Positions 1 to 11,870 are shown, counted from the first letter of the stretch. The stretch is 64,000 nucleotides of DNA from Felis catus (GCF_018350175.1 NC_058382.1:52206001-52270000), one strand, 5' to 3'. Numbers and translations are program-made. The notes: a model not told the origin generated them from the sequence alone.

Positions 1-23
1 AGACCGAGCGGCACCCTCCAGAA

Positions 24-135
24 CATGGGGATAGTAATGGGACCTATGGTAGGATTATGAGAAGGATTAAGTTAGGTCAGAGGGGCGCAGTGCTTGGGAC
101 CGTGACTGGCAGTGGTAAGCCTTCAGTGACCGTCC
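24..135 (+). mobile_element. MIR SINE, 3' part (degenerate)
   Basis: ATGGGGATAGTAAT...AGGATTAA...GTGCTT...GACTGGCAGTGGTAAGCCTTCAGT resembles the MIR 3' consensus. Confidence 0.6.
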
Positions 136-1800
136 CAGCTGAGGCCCCCATGGTCATCGTCATCATCTCCCTTTGCTCCCCTCCCCCTTTCCTTTCTCCT
201 TTCCCTTCTCTTCCTTCATCATCATCACCAGCATCACCCATAGCCACTCCCTCATTCCACCTTACTGAATCCGCATTTTTTTTCTTAATGCCATCAGATA
301 CAAGGGTCATACAGCATTTTTCATAGGAACATTCGTTTGATATGTTCTGCGTATGAGTTTCCTTCAGCTACACATAGAACCCACAGAAATGGTGGCTTTT
401 CTAGAAAAGGGTCCTCCCCGGTTCTCTATCACACCACCTGGCACATATTGGGTGTGAGTGCACACCAGCACACAGAGTGTTTGTGGATCAGATGCGTTCA
501 TTTTTTGCCGAATGACAAACCCACGCTGATTATACTCCTTGTGGGGCTGCTACATGCTCCTGTCTGAGCGCGCGGCCAAGTCACAGATTGATGGCTTCGG
601 CTGTACATCAAACGGACTTTCCATCCCAGCTGATAAGTAGACACGGTCAGCATGTCACCCTGTGTGCGGGTCCCTTCGTAGCCCTCCCAGTGCATCGGCA
701 CCTCTGTGGGATGGGGATTGACGTGCCTCCACCTGGCTTCCGGGAGTTGGCTTCCACCAGCCACGGCAGGGCTTCGTGAGCGGGGCCTCGTTCCCACCTT
801 GCACGCTCTTGACATCTGCCTTGGCCCATGTCCACCCCCTTTCTGTTGTATTAGCCCCTGAGAGAAGCCAGGAAAATTTCAGAGAGTCGTGGAGACCTGA
901 AGCTACGACCACGGGCAGGGCCCCCCTTTTTGGCCCTGTGGGCAAGAGCCAGGCGTGGCGTCAGTTTGGACGCTCAGGAAACCCCTGAGAAGGGCCGTCG
1001 AGTGTGTCCCCACGTGTGGTTTCAGGAATTTCAAAGACCCAGGGGCTCCGAAAGTCTGACTTCATTTGTGATTTGCGAGCAGTCTCCCGGAAGACTTGGG
1101 GAGCAGACGCGAGACTTGTGAAGCATCCCAGATGCCCTGAGGGTGGGAAAATAAGAAGGGGAGGATAAGGTCCCAGCAATTTCTGGCAGCTTCGTAGCCG
1201 TTCATTATCTTGTGGTAGGAAAGTGTGGTTGGGCTGGTTGTTTTGCTCTTGTTCAGGTTCCCTGTATGTGTTAGGCTGGATTTTTGGTAAATTCAAGGCC
1301 CAACGTGTATAAAGACATTCCTTTCTCAATCTTCTAAGCCATGAGTATTTAGCAGATTCAGTCTTGGGGAGCTCGGTTCCTCACATCAGCTCCGGAATTT
1401 CCACCTGGATGGGAGGCAGAAGGTATGTGGAAGGTCCTCAAAGTGTCACTTCCTCGCCCCCCGGAGCACACGCAGACACCGATCCCAGTGCAGTCTCTGG
1501 GCTCGTGAGCTGCTTTCCTTCCTGGGGCCATTGTGTTAACCGTTTCCCGACGGGGAGTGCTGAAAGAATGTGTGCAGCGTGAGCCGTGCACTTGGCCGTG
1601 GGAAGCGGTGCGGATTAGGAGGCCAGCTGAGTGCACGCCCCACTTAAAGTGGTTCTCCGGAGGAGGGGTGGGGAGTGGGGTCAGCGCTGAGGGCAGGGGG
1701 GGGCTTCAGCCTTGTTCAGACGCTTCAGGTTTTTCCAAAGGGGGAAATGTGTTCATGTATTGCTTATATAATAAAAATTGTTTTCAAAAGTAGCCTGGGG

Positions 1801-2260
1801 GAATTAGTTTTCTATGGCCGCCATAACCAATTACCTCAAACTCAGTGACTTAAAATAACACACATTCATCACCTTATAGTTCTGGAGGTCAGAAGTCCAG
1901 TGCAGGGCTTCCTAGGCTAGAATCAGGCTCTGATTGGCAGGCTCTGTTCTTTCTGGAAGCTCCCGGGGGAAAATCCAGTTCCTTGCTTTTCTAAGCGACA
2001 GACACTGTGCACATTCCTTGGCTTGGGGCCCCTTTCCTCCGTCTCTAAGCCGGCAGCCTTGGGCTGAATCCTTCTCAAAGGGCCGCCCCCTTGGTTCTCT
2101 CTCCTCTGCCCCCTTCTCGCATTTTAAGGACCTTGTGATTATATTGGGTCACCCCGATGGGGCAGACGGTCTCTGTCTCAAGGTCAGCTGATAGCAGCCC
2201 CAACTGCACCTGCACTTCCTCCTTACCAGCTAAGGACTGGAAAGCCCTGTGAAAAGGTGT
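1801..2260 (-). mobile_element. MaLR solo LTR, MLT1C/D-like
   Basis: ATTAGTTTTCTATGGCCGCCATAACCAATTACCTCAAACTCAGTGACTTAAAATAACA...TTCTGGAGGTCAGAAGTCC...CACATTCCTTGGCTTG; reverse-strand MLT1 hallmarks. Confidence 0.85.
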
Positions 2261-2518
2261 TGGGTGTGGGTGCGACTCCCGCGGTTTTTCCTCCTGCTGC
2301 TGCCGGTGCCTGAGTCCAACCACCAACACTACCTCTACTGTCAGTGCTAGTGTTCCTACTTAGGGAGTCACCTCGTTTCTTCTGGCAGCCTCTTCCCATT
2401 TCCACGGTCAGTTGGAACCCCATGGGGAAGTCATTCCAGGCATGGGATGGGAGTTCTTGTTGGCATCTTTTACAGAGAGCCTCTCCTTCATTTGAAGGGC
2501 TTGACCATTCCTGGACAT

Positions 2519-2620
2519 TTCCTTCCTTCCTTCCTTCCTTCCTTCCTTCCTTCCTTCCTTCCTTCCATCCATCCATCCATCCGTCCATCCATCTCTACAT
2601 CCCTCCATCTGTCCATCCCT
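2519..2620. repeat. Compound microsatellite (CCTT)n changing to (CCAT)n
   Basis: Directly visible tandem units. Confidence 0.95.
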
Positions 2621-2887
2621 CTATCGCCCCCCTCTCCGTCCTTCTCCCTCACTGTCCCTTGCCCTTTTTCTCTGTCTCTTATGTAAGAGAATATTAAGCA
2701 TGAAGCAAAAGTAGAACTTTCCCTAAAATAGCTACTACCTCTCTTTGAAAATTAGTGTCCAAAATCATGAATAGAAATGTTGACATGAGAAGTAGAACCG
2801 TTGTTTTTAGGAAGAAAAAGCTTTCACCTTACATTCTTCAAGATTTTATACAATACTAAATTTTATTTAATACTAAAATAATTATAT

Positions 2888-2980
2888 GAGGAAGAGAAGG
2901 GGGAGAGGGAGAGGGGGAGGGGGAAGAGGAAGGGAAAGAAGGAAGAGGAGGAGGAAGAAGAGGAAGAAGACAAAGGAGAA
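2888..2980. repeat. Purine-rich GA/GGA low-complexity tract
   Basis: Near-pure A/G run. Confidence 0.85.
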
Positions 2981-3269
2981 AAAAATCACTTGTTAAGTAT
3001 GCTTTTATCACCCAGTGTATGCTTACACTACTTAGGGCTTGTTAAACCTCGCCGTTACTGTTTTCTCTTATCCTCATTTTCAGATGAGTAACTCAGGTAT
3101 AAATAAGGCATCCCTTTCCCTTACTTAAACAAGAAACAAAGAGAGAGAGAAATACAGAAGAAGAAAATAAAAATCACTCAAACTACCCACCGTATTGTAG
3201 TGTATATGTTTTCAGATGTTTTACTGTGAATGCATCTTTCTGTGTTTCTTTATTGATTCCCACAAGATT

Positions 3270-3328
3270 ATTATTTTAGAGAGAGGGGAGGAAAGAGATC
3301 GTAAGCAGGAAAGGGGCGGGGGGGGGGC

Positions 3329-3366
<38 letters not shown>

Positions 3367-3495
3367 CTTTAAGCAGGCTCCACGCTCGGCATGGAACACC
3401 ACACGGGGCTCGATCCCACAACCCTGGGATCGTGACCTGACCTGTGCCAAAATCGAGCATCCGATGCTGACCTGGCTGAGTCACCCAGGCGCCCC
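3270..3495 (-). mobile_element. Can-SINE (carnivore tRNA-derived SINE)
   Basis: T-rich tail, (GA)n, ends ...CACCCAGGCGCCCC; TSD GATTCCCACA(A/C)GATT at 3255-3269 and 3496-3510. Confidence 0.95.
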
Positions 3496-4059
3496 GATTC
3501 CCACACGATTTTAAAACCGTCTCTCTGTAGTTAATTGGTACAGCCTTGCTAATGAGAGAGAATGCTGGCTTTGCTCTTGGGGGGTTCAGAAGGACCCCCT
3601 TCCTCCTGACTGGTAATGCGTCTTTTGGTAAGAGCAGAACAGACACACACGTGCACGCCTGTGTCTTCCAGCCCTGTCGGCGTGCTCCTGTAGTTTTGCA
3701 CAATGTTTTGTTTACTGCTTCCTCCTCCCCCCCCCCATAGAAATGCTTATGATCGAATTATTTGGAAAAGATGCAGAAGTAGAAGGATGACAAGACAATG
3801 GTGTGGTCCCACCCCATTCATGTGGCGATTTCCTTTTTCCTAACTCCCAGCAGCAGCTTCCTGTTTTCACGGACTTGTGACTGTGGTTTTAAAACTCTGT
3901 GGAAGCACAACCCACGTGCATAAAAGTGTGTGGTACATTCTTGCTGCTGGATGAAGTTAACCAAAGCTGCCACGCACAGCTGATCAGTACCTGGATCCAG
4001 AGAGAAAGCGCAACACAGAGGTCTCCTCCTGCCCTCATTCACTCATTACACCCAGGACC

Positions 4060-4352
4060 CCACCGAGGAAGGATACCCACGCTCCTGACTTCGTGACTTC
4101 GGGTAGCAAAGTCTAGTTTTGTCGGTCCTTGATCTGGCAGAAATGGAATCCCTTTATGCAAATGGGATCAGACAGGAGGTGCTCCTTCTGTGTCTGGCTT
4201 CCTTCTCTCAACGTGACCCTTCTGAGATTTTTGCTTAATATTGCATACAGTTGTAGATCATTCACTGTCATGGCTGTAGAGCGTTGTGTTGTGTGAATAT
4301 GTTGTAATTTACTTAATTCATGCAATTTACCAATTATCGATGGTTGCATTTA
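4060..4352 (-). mobile_element. Old L1 (L1ME-like) 3' fragment
   Basis: AAATGGGATCAGACAG...TGTCTGGCTTCCTTCTCTCAACGTGA...GAGATT, typical antisense L1M 3' sequence. Confidence 0.7.
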
Positions 4353-4408
4353 TGAAAGTTCAAATCCCATGCTTTCATGTCACGTTGTAGCCAGGCACTC
4401 CCCCCCCC

Positions 4409-4616
4409 TTTTTTTTTTAATTTTAATGTTTATTTTTTGAGAGAGAGAGAGCGAGTACAGGAGGGGCAGAGAGAGAGGGAGACACAGAATCTGAAGCAGG
4501 CTCCAGGCTCTGAGCTGTCAGCACAGAGCCTGACGCGGGGCTCGAACCCGTAAACTGTGAGATCATGACCCGAGCCGAAGTCGGACGCTTTCCCGGCTGA
4601 GCCCTCAAGGCACCCC
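4409..4616 (-). mobile_element. Can-SINE (SINEC_Fc-like)
   Basis: GACACAGAATCTGAAGCAGGCTCCAGGCTCTGAGCTGTCAGCACAGAGCC core; poly-T tail. Confidence 0.95.
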
Positions 4617-5119
4617 ACTTCCCCCTGTTTTAACATCCTGGTAGTACACCGTGTAACATGGCATTTAATAGAAACATTGTGTTTAATCGAGTGGGTTTGT
4701 ATTTACTTAACCATTTTTCCTATTATTGAATATTCAGGAAGTTTCTGCTCGTGTTTTTGTTTTGCTTTGTTCCTGTTAAAAGTGGCCCCGCGGTGAGCAC
4801 TGGCTGTGTCTATGCACCGAACTTTTCCATGTCCCCGTTCCCGCCCCAGTATCTCAAGACGGTTCTGTTAGGTTGATTTCCCTGACGTGGAATCGCTAGT
4901 TCGGAGGTTGGGCCGTCACAAGGTCTTTGGACGTGCTGTCAGATTCCTTCCCAAGAGGACTGTGCCCACTCCTAGCCTTCTGCTTAAAATAAAATACTTC
5001 CCTCAGCTTTGTTGTCAGCATGGCCGGCTCTCACCTGAGGGCTCCGTTTCCCTGTCGGGTGGTACAAGGCAGGCAACTTTGGACGTGAACCTGACAGCCG
5101 ACCTGCTCTCCCAGCCCTT

Positions 5120-5190
5120 TTCTGCCGTGTGGCCTTAGGCGAGGTATTTAAGCTTTCCTAGTCTCAGTTTGCTCATCTGGAAAACAGGGC
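5120..5190 (+). mobile_element. MIR core fragment
   Basis: GTGTGGCCTTAGGCGAGGTATTTAAGCT...CTCAGTTTGCTCATCTGGAAAA matches the MIR core. Confidence 0.65.
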
Positions 5191-5429
5191 CTTTGGGATT
5201 CCTGTGCTGCCTTCTCCGCTGCTCCCTCCAGGCGTATGACCTGTGAAAGTCTGTGCCTGTCAGATGCTGCTGCTGCTGAAATCCTCTGCTATGTCCCATC
5301 ACAGGCTGCAGACTCTTGGCCTGGTGTTCGCCCACGCTGCTTTGAAAGTTGTGGGGCCGTGCTACCGAAATCCAGCTCTGTGTTCTGTGACGTACTCCTG
5401 CCCAAGCCTCCCTCGGTCTCTTTGTTCAC

Positions 5430-5770
5430 TCCTTACTCGTTTTTCCAACAAGCCTTTACCGAGTATCTGCTATGATACAGGCACACGGTCGAGCACGGCG
5501 GGTACAAAGATGAAATAAACTTGTTTCCTGCTTGTAAGGAAGTTAGAGTCTAGAGGTGAAGCCTGGTAGGTGGGTAGACCAGGGGTGAGGGGAAGCCTCC
5601 CGTGGCCCAGAAAACTGGGGCTACATGGAGAAGGGGGCATGTAACTGCTCCAAGGAGTGGGGGAGTCGAGGAGGCTTTTGGAAGGAAGCCCTTTTGAGGC
5701 AGAATCTGGAAGGACGAATAGGAATTTGTCAAGTGAAGGATGGGGTAACCAGCTGTAAAAACCTGAGCGC
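5430..5770 (-). mobile_element. L2 LINE 3' fragment
   Basis: CAACAAGCCTTTACCGAGTATCTGCTATGATACAGGCAC...GAATCTGGAAGGACGAATAGGA resembles antisense L2 3' end. Confidence 0.6.
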
Positions 5771-5813
5771 TGATGGTGTTTCGGGTAAACACACACACAG
5801 AGGGAAGGTAAAC

Positions 5814-6014
5814 CAGTTTTTTTCTTCCTTGGGCATGACATTACCTTTCAGGGGGATATTTGGCAATGCCTGGAAAGTTTTTATTCCTGCGTGATGGAGA
5901 GGTACAATGTGCAGGACAGCCCCCACGCAAATAACTACCTGACCCCAAATGTTAGCTGTACCCCAACTGTTAGCAGTACCCCAAATGTTAGCGGTACCCA
6001 GTGGAGAAACCCTG
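5814..6014 (+). mobile_element. MER20 hAT-Charlie MITE with internal deletion and 18-bp triplication
   Basis: GGGGATATTTGGCAATGCCTGGA...ACAATGTGCAGGACAGCCCCCAC...GAGAAACCCTG terminus. Confidence 0.8.
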
Positions 6015-7849
6015 GGCTGCAGCATAGGGAAGTATTGAGGTGGAAGGTAGGATGATGGAGTGCCTTGCCTCCCTTCTCAGAATGAGAAGATGTGTGACCG
6101 TGTGCGTGTGCATGTGTGTATGCACGCACATGTACTTGTGTGAAATGGGAGGAATCCACTTCCCCTTTACTTGTTGGCTGCCCGTGTGTGGGTTCTGGAA
6201 GCCTGCTCTCTGCCGGTCGACTCATTGTCCAGAGAGTTAGCTACTCAGCAGGTGTGCCTCACCATTGGCTCCCTTCACGACATCCTCACCATGATTTATT
6301 AGAGCCCTTTATCCCCCGCTTCAGTGTTTATGACATCCAGGGACTTGGTCGAACCACTAGGAAATGAGAGTGGACAGTGGGACTATTATCATTCATTTTC
6401 ACTCCCCATAAACATTTTCTGTTTCTTCTTTGGAAGGCATTGCTAATCCCCTCGTGCATTGGCTCTGCGTGTTCTTTCTTCAGCCTCGGCACAAAAAGCA
6501 AAGTGGTAGTGACGTTTTCCTTATGGCTGCCGAAAAGGTTACGCGGTGTTTGGACCGCTGCCTGCTTCTCCCGCGAGCACAAAAAGATCCGGGAGTAGAA
6601 ATTGGTTCTAACAATATCCCTGCAGAAAACACCGAGGGGATGTGAGTCACTTTCCCTTTTGTGTTCAAGGCGTTCTGTCCCTCACATTCAAAGTTAGAGG
6701 TTGACATGTACTTGATCCCTACTTCCTAGAGGGGCTGATAATTGAGTGCCCGCTGCAGTCCAGAAGCAGCTATAGAAACCTTTAGAAGCCCTGGGCTTGG
6801 GAGGAAAAAAAATTTTTTTTTTTGTATCTGTGTTTAAATTTCTATGCAAATGTTGGTTTTGATGGAGAGGGAGCAGAGGGGTATGAGGGCAGGGCGTAAA
6901 GTACAAAGGAATTCCCAGCTTTCTCTCATGGTGGGAGGTGTTGCGTACCTTAAGGTTCTTTGGTTGCAAACAGCAGAGAAGACTGAGCAGTTTTGGGAGA
7001 AGGAAAACACACTTGCGTCTGGACAGACTTGGCCGCATGTAACAGAAAGCCGCACCATGGCTTATTTTCCGCAGGGGAGGGGGCAGTCCGGGGTTGGTGC
7101 GTCAGCACCTTGCTCTACTCTGGGCTGCCCGTGGTAGGTGTGCGGCTTTCGTCCTTGGCTCTGGGGCCCCACGGTCAGGGGACCAGGAACTCGTGGAACA
7201 GCCTGTGCGTGCTGCTGCACTCGGGACGACTCCGCTCTCATCCCCTTCCTCGTGTGACTCAGCTACAGGTTTAGATTCTCAGGAGAGGATCCAGGCTGCT
7301 GCCTTGTGGACGTGGTCACGGTCAACTGTCCATTCCCCCTGAGCAGAAAACCACAAAAGGGTGGGAATGAGCCACAGGTCCCTTGCGCCACACGTCAATG
7401 AAGGCGCCCCCCCCCCCCCCCACTCCTCCAACCAAGACTTGTTCTTGGATCCATGGGGTTGGGAAAAGGGAAGGAAAAGGAAGGAAGCTGGCATTTAGTA
7501 GGTTCCTGGCCTCTAAATTAATTTGTAAGCCATGGATCCCAAAGCACAGTGATTGATCGTTCTGCTCCCAATGTTTACCCCTTCTACCACTCAGTTGATT
7601 TTTTTGGAAGTGAAGAGAGCTATTTCAGAGGTTCTTGTTCAAACTCAGCATTTAGCTCCCCTCCCCCATGACCTCTTATGATCCATCTAGGATCATTGTT
7701 TTCCAAGGCATTTTTTTTTTTTAATGATGATAATTCTCATGAATTTGCGTTCTTCTACTTTTTTGATATATGGTCCATCTCTTTGGTCCCTTAATTAACA
7801 TTTGAGTCCAAAAAACATAAACAAATGTCAAGATACAACATTTAGAGAC

Positions 7850-8036
7850 ATCCTATATGGATTCGAATGGCCTTGGGTAAATTAATAAAGCCTGTCCTTC
7901 CTTTCCTTTCCTTATCTGTAAAAAGAGACTAGTACCCACCTTTATAGATTTGTAGTGGGGATTAAATGGGATCATAAATATCATATGCTTTGAACTGTGT
8001 CGCACACATGTAATATGTCTTGTAAGTATTGGCTGT
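7850..8036 (+). mobile_element. MIR SINE
   Basis: CCTTGGGTAAATT...TTCCTTATCTGTAAAAAG...GGGATTAAATGGGATCAT. Confidence 0.7.
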
Positions 8037-8049
8037 AGAAACACTTTGT

Positions 8050-8209
8050 TTAAAACTTTTATCACAGAGTCACAGGGAAGCTACCGAAAATAGTATAGAA
8101 AGGATCCATATATTCCCTACTGATTTTCTATAGTGGTTAGATCTCATGAAAGTAGAGTGAAGTATCAAAAGCAGGAATCCGACATTGGTACAGCGTGAGC
8201 GTGCAGTTC
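8050..8209 (-). mobile_element. L1MC-like 3' end, continuing after the nested LTR (~8719-8790)
   Basis: AAAATAGTATAGAAAGG...TATCAAAAGCAGGAATCCGACATTGGTACA; resumes GTTCTATGCCATTCTACCACATGTAG. Confidence 0.65.
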
Positions 8210-8718
8210 TGTGACAGACACAGTCGTGGCCATCCAGAGCCGATCGCTTTGTGTGCTTGGGACCTAAGAGTATGCTGTGTTACATGGCAAAGAGGAATTA
8301 GGGTCACGCGTTAAATTTAGGTTACTAATCAGCCGAATGGAAAAGAGAGAGGTCATCCAGGGTCATCTGGGTGGGCACGGTGTCACTACAAGGGCGTTAG
8401 AAGTGGGAGAGGGAATCAGATGAGCACCGGGGAGAGGCCAGCCTGAGGAGTAAGCCGGACGCTGCTGGCCGTGGCGATGTAGAGAGGGCGACACGAGTCC
8501 TGGAAAGTGCGCAGCCCTGCTGAAGTTGGAAACGCAGGTGGAATGCATTCTCCCCTTAGCCCGGAAAGGCACGCACACTGCCCTCATCTTGATCTCACTA
8601 GCCCGCTGACATCTGTGGTAGACCTCTGATGCACAGAACTCTACACTCGTGGAAGTTGTGTCATTTTAAGGCATGATGTTTTCGCTGATTTATTGCACAG
8701 TGGTGGAAAACTAACTTG
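8210..8718 (+). mobile_element. MaLR solo LTR, MLT1D-like, nested in L1MC
   Basis: TG start; TTACATGGCAAAGAGGAATTA...ATCTGGGTGGGC...; end GGAAAACTAAC; about 510 bp. Confidence 0.8.
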
Positions 8719-8995
8719 TGTTCTATGCCATTCTACCACATGTAGGCACCACCGTAGTGAGAACACGGGACTCTGCCCCAGCACTGCAGAGACCTGCCTT
8801 TGGAGTCCCATCCTCCACCCTCCGCCCCCGCCTTTCTTCCGTTCCACCAGGAGGCAGAGCCCTTTTCCTCTGCCAGCATCTTGTCAGGCGTCTAGAATGT
8901 GCTCTGCTAACTCCTCATCTTTCCAGACTTAAGAGAATTCCTGCTCTGATCTGTGGATTTTAGACCACTTCCCAGTATGATCTCTAGCTATATTC

Positions 8996-9196
8996 TTTTT
9001 TTGTTTTTGTTTTTTTTTCTCCAGAAAGAGAGTGTGTGCAAGTAGGGGAGGGGCAGAGTGAGAAGGAGAGAGAATCTTAAGCAGGTTCTAAGCCCAACAT
9101 GGGAGCCTGACACAGGGCTCTACCTTATGAACCATGAGATCATGGCCTCAGCCAAAATCAAGAGTCGGATGCTTAACTGAGTCACCCAGGCACCCC
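8996..9196 (-). mobile_element. Can-SINE
   Basis: CCATGAGATCATGGCCTCAGCCAAAATCAAGAGTCGGATGCTTAAC...CACCCAGGCACCCC. Confidence 0.92.
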
Positions 9197-9199
9197 TAA

Positions 9200-9409
9200 A
9201 TTCTTTATTTTATAGCACTCACCACCTATATAAATAATGGCATATGTATGTGGGTGAGACTATTTGTCTAATCTTTGTCTCTCCAGCTAACCTGGGAACT
9301 GAGGGCAGGCACTGTATCTGTCTTATCAGTGATTCCTCACCCTCGTGTGTGTGTGACTGTGCAGACAGTAGGGGCCAAGTAAATCTTTGTTGACTGAAGG
9401 AACAAATGA
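9200..9409 (+). mobile_element. L2 LINE 3' end
   Basis: GAGGGCAGGCACTGTATCTGTCTT...CAGTAGGGGCCAAGTAAATCTTTGTTGACTGAA. Confidence 0.7.
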
Positions 9410-9511
9410 CAGTATTGGAGATGTACAGCCAAGATCTCACCGAGATGTTTGAGTGGAAGAGTGTACTAGCACTGTAAGATATTCTACCTGCATTCACTCA
9501 AGGAACCTTCT

Positions 9512-9710
9512 CTATTCTTTTTTCTTTTCTTTTCTTTTTTTCTTTTCTTTTCTTTTCTTTTCTTTTCTTTTCTTTTCTTTTCTTTTCTTTTCTTTTCTTT
9601 TCTTCTCTTCTTTCTTTTTTTCTTTTCCTTTCCTTTTTCCTTTCCTTATTCCTTTCCTTTTTCCTTTTTCCCTTCCCTTCCCCTTCCCCTTCCCCTTCCC
9701 CTTCCCCTTC
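9512..9710. repeat. Polypyrimidine compound microsatellite, (TTTTC)n grading to (CCCTTC)n
   Basis: About 200 bp of almost pure C/T. Confidence 0.95.
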
Positions 9711-11640
9711 TGTGTCAGCTGTCATGCTAAACTCTGGTTCTGATATGGCGTGTAGGGGGCAGTTATATTTCCGTGAACTCCCAGTAGACAGTCTAACATG
9801 GCGGAGCCTGCCTCACACAGTGGGCCAGCTTTGCACTTGGGTTTTTATTTCCCAGCGTCTTCCTGAAATAGTTTCGTTAATTCATATGGATGAGATAAAT
9901 CCCAATAACAGCTTTGTTTCCCAAAGAATGCAGGCTTCTTTTGCCAAACATAATTATCCTGAGGATGAACTGATGAAGGGGACTTACCTCTTGGCCAAAC
10001 GTTTTTTCGAGTCATTCAACCAAAGATAGGCTGCACCTGGGGGAAGCCAGACATCTGGGTGAAGAATGAAATATCCAGATGTTTTTAAGTATCTGGATGT
10101 TTCTGACCATCTGGTTCTCGTGGTTATTGACAAATGATCCAGATGTTTTGCAGAAGATGGTATACCTCGTCTAACGGAAGAGAGAGATTGTATTCTTGGG
10201 AAATTCTGATGTCATCCCATATGTACTAACACGGTATATGCCTTTAACTGAAGCCATGATTCGAATGCAAAAACGAAAATAGCTTCCTGTTTTCTGAAGC
10301 TGTTGTCTTGCTGTGAGTGCCAGAATGCAGAGATTTTAGGTTAATTGTCTCACCTACCATCAGAGTCAGAGTTGTTTGCAGCTTTATTCTGTTTATAACG
10401 GATTCACCTCTTAACCAATGGCTTTCCAAATGGAATGTGAGAATGCTGACATTCAGCACTGCCAAAAGCTGCATTGTTTCCTAAACGTTTTCGTGTTTTC
10501 CAAAGTAGAGAAAAAGGTTTGGTACCTGAAATTCCTGGAGGAAATCGGAATTTATAAACTTTGATTAGAGATGCGTCTTGTCTGGAGCTGAAATCTTGAA
10601 GACGGAGTAGCACCCACCCACCCCGTTACCCCCCCCCCCCCAGTTTTCTCTTGTGTAAGCCTAAACAGAGGCCTCACAGTTAAATATGTTTTAAAGAATT
10701 CGATGAAGGCTGGAGTAGAATAACATGATTGGAAGGCTCGTGGAACTTGAAGCCGAGCTGCAGTCTGCTGTAGGAATCCTCGTCTGATGTCTGTGGGTCT
10801 GCGGGACCTTACGAGGATGTCCCAACAGTGAATAAACACATGAGGCTTGAGTGTGTGTGTATTATCTTACTCCTCTGTCGTTTTCCCCGAGGGACACACC
10901 AGAGCACACGGAAAGGTAAATGAGAGGGAGTCGCGTGGTGGAGGACTTAAGGCGCATGCCCAGATGGTCTTAGCATCCGGGTTCCCATCGAGTGGAGCCT
11001 CAGCCAAGGTCTGTGGTCTGATGTGTTTCCAGCTCTGAAGCTTAGTTCTAAACATTTGGAGGTGGGGGAGTGGCCGTTGGGGGAGGGGGAAGGGTGTCTG
11101 ATTCCGGTGGCGTTCGGTGACGTTAGTTCTTCATACCAAATAGGTGCGAGTGGATTTCACTTTTGAGCGTCTGGTAAACATATTGCAAGTGACAGACCCA
11201 CAAAGACAGGTTGTGGATAGAACACACATTCATGTCAGTGCATCGAAACAGCAGCTTGAATGGACAAACCCACATGTCTTGCCTAAACATTTAGCTGCAA
11301 ACTTTACAAAGAGCCAAATGGTTTCAATTTTGTTGTATATACATGGGATGATTGTATATTTGCTTCTCACTCGCCCTGCCAGTGGGATGGGGTTTGTGGG
11401 GGAGACGAGGACAAACAACGTAAAGGAGCCAATGAGCCAAATCCATCTGGATTTGGTTATACGCTGATTATATAGTTTGTTGTTCTGTTGTTTTTAACGT
11501 CTTCCAAACCTTCTGTGTATTAGCCAGCCCTGCGGGAAGGGGTGGGGCTGTGACATTTTGTCTTTGACTCCCTTTGTAACATCATGCGTCTCTCTACTTT
11601 TGTAGAGTTTCTCCTTTAAAGTAATAGTATGTAAGCATGG

Positions 11641-11870
11641 CAGCTAGCATTTATTGAGTGCTTACTGTGGCCAAGATCTGTGCCATATGTTTTCACTTTT
11701 GAAACTTGGCAGCAACCCGGTGACAGAGATACTATTAGCCTCATTTTTGGCAGGGAAAATGGAGATTCAGAGAGGTTAAGTAGCTTGCCTATAGCATCAG
11801 ACAGTGAATGAGTGTTGGAGCCAGGGTTCAAAGCCAGGTAGGTCCAAATACATCTCCTGAATTAACCCTT
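11641..11870 (-). mobile_element. MIR SINE
   Basis: CATTTATTGAGTGCTTACTGTG...GATTCAGAGAGGTTAAGTAGCTTGCC...GAGCCAGGGTTCAAAGCCAGG. Confidence 0.85.

Noticed and set aside
5942..5999. Regularly spaced short repeats considered as a CRISPR-like array
   Set aside because: Head-to-tail tandem units without spacers, in a mammalian transposon context
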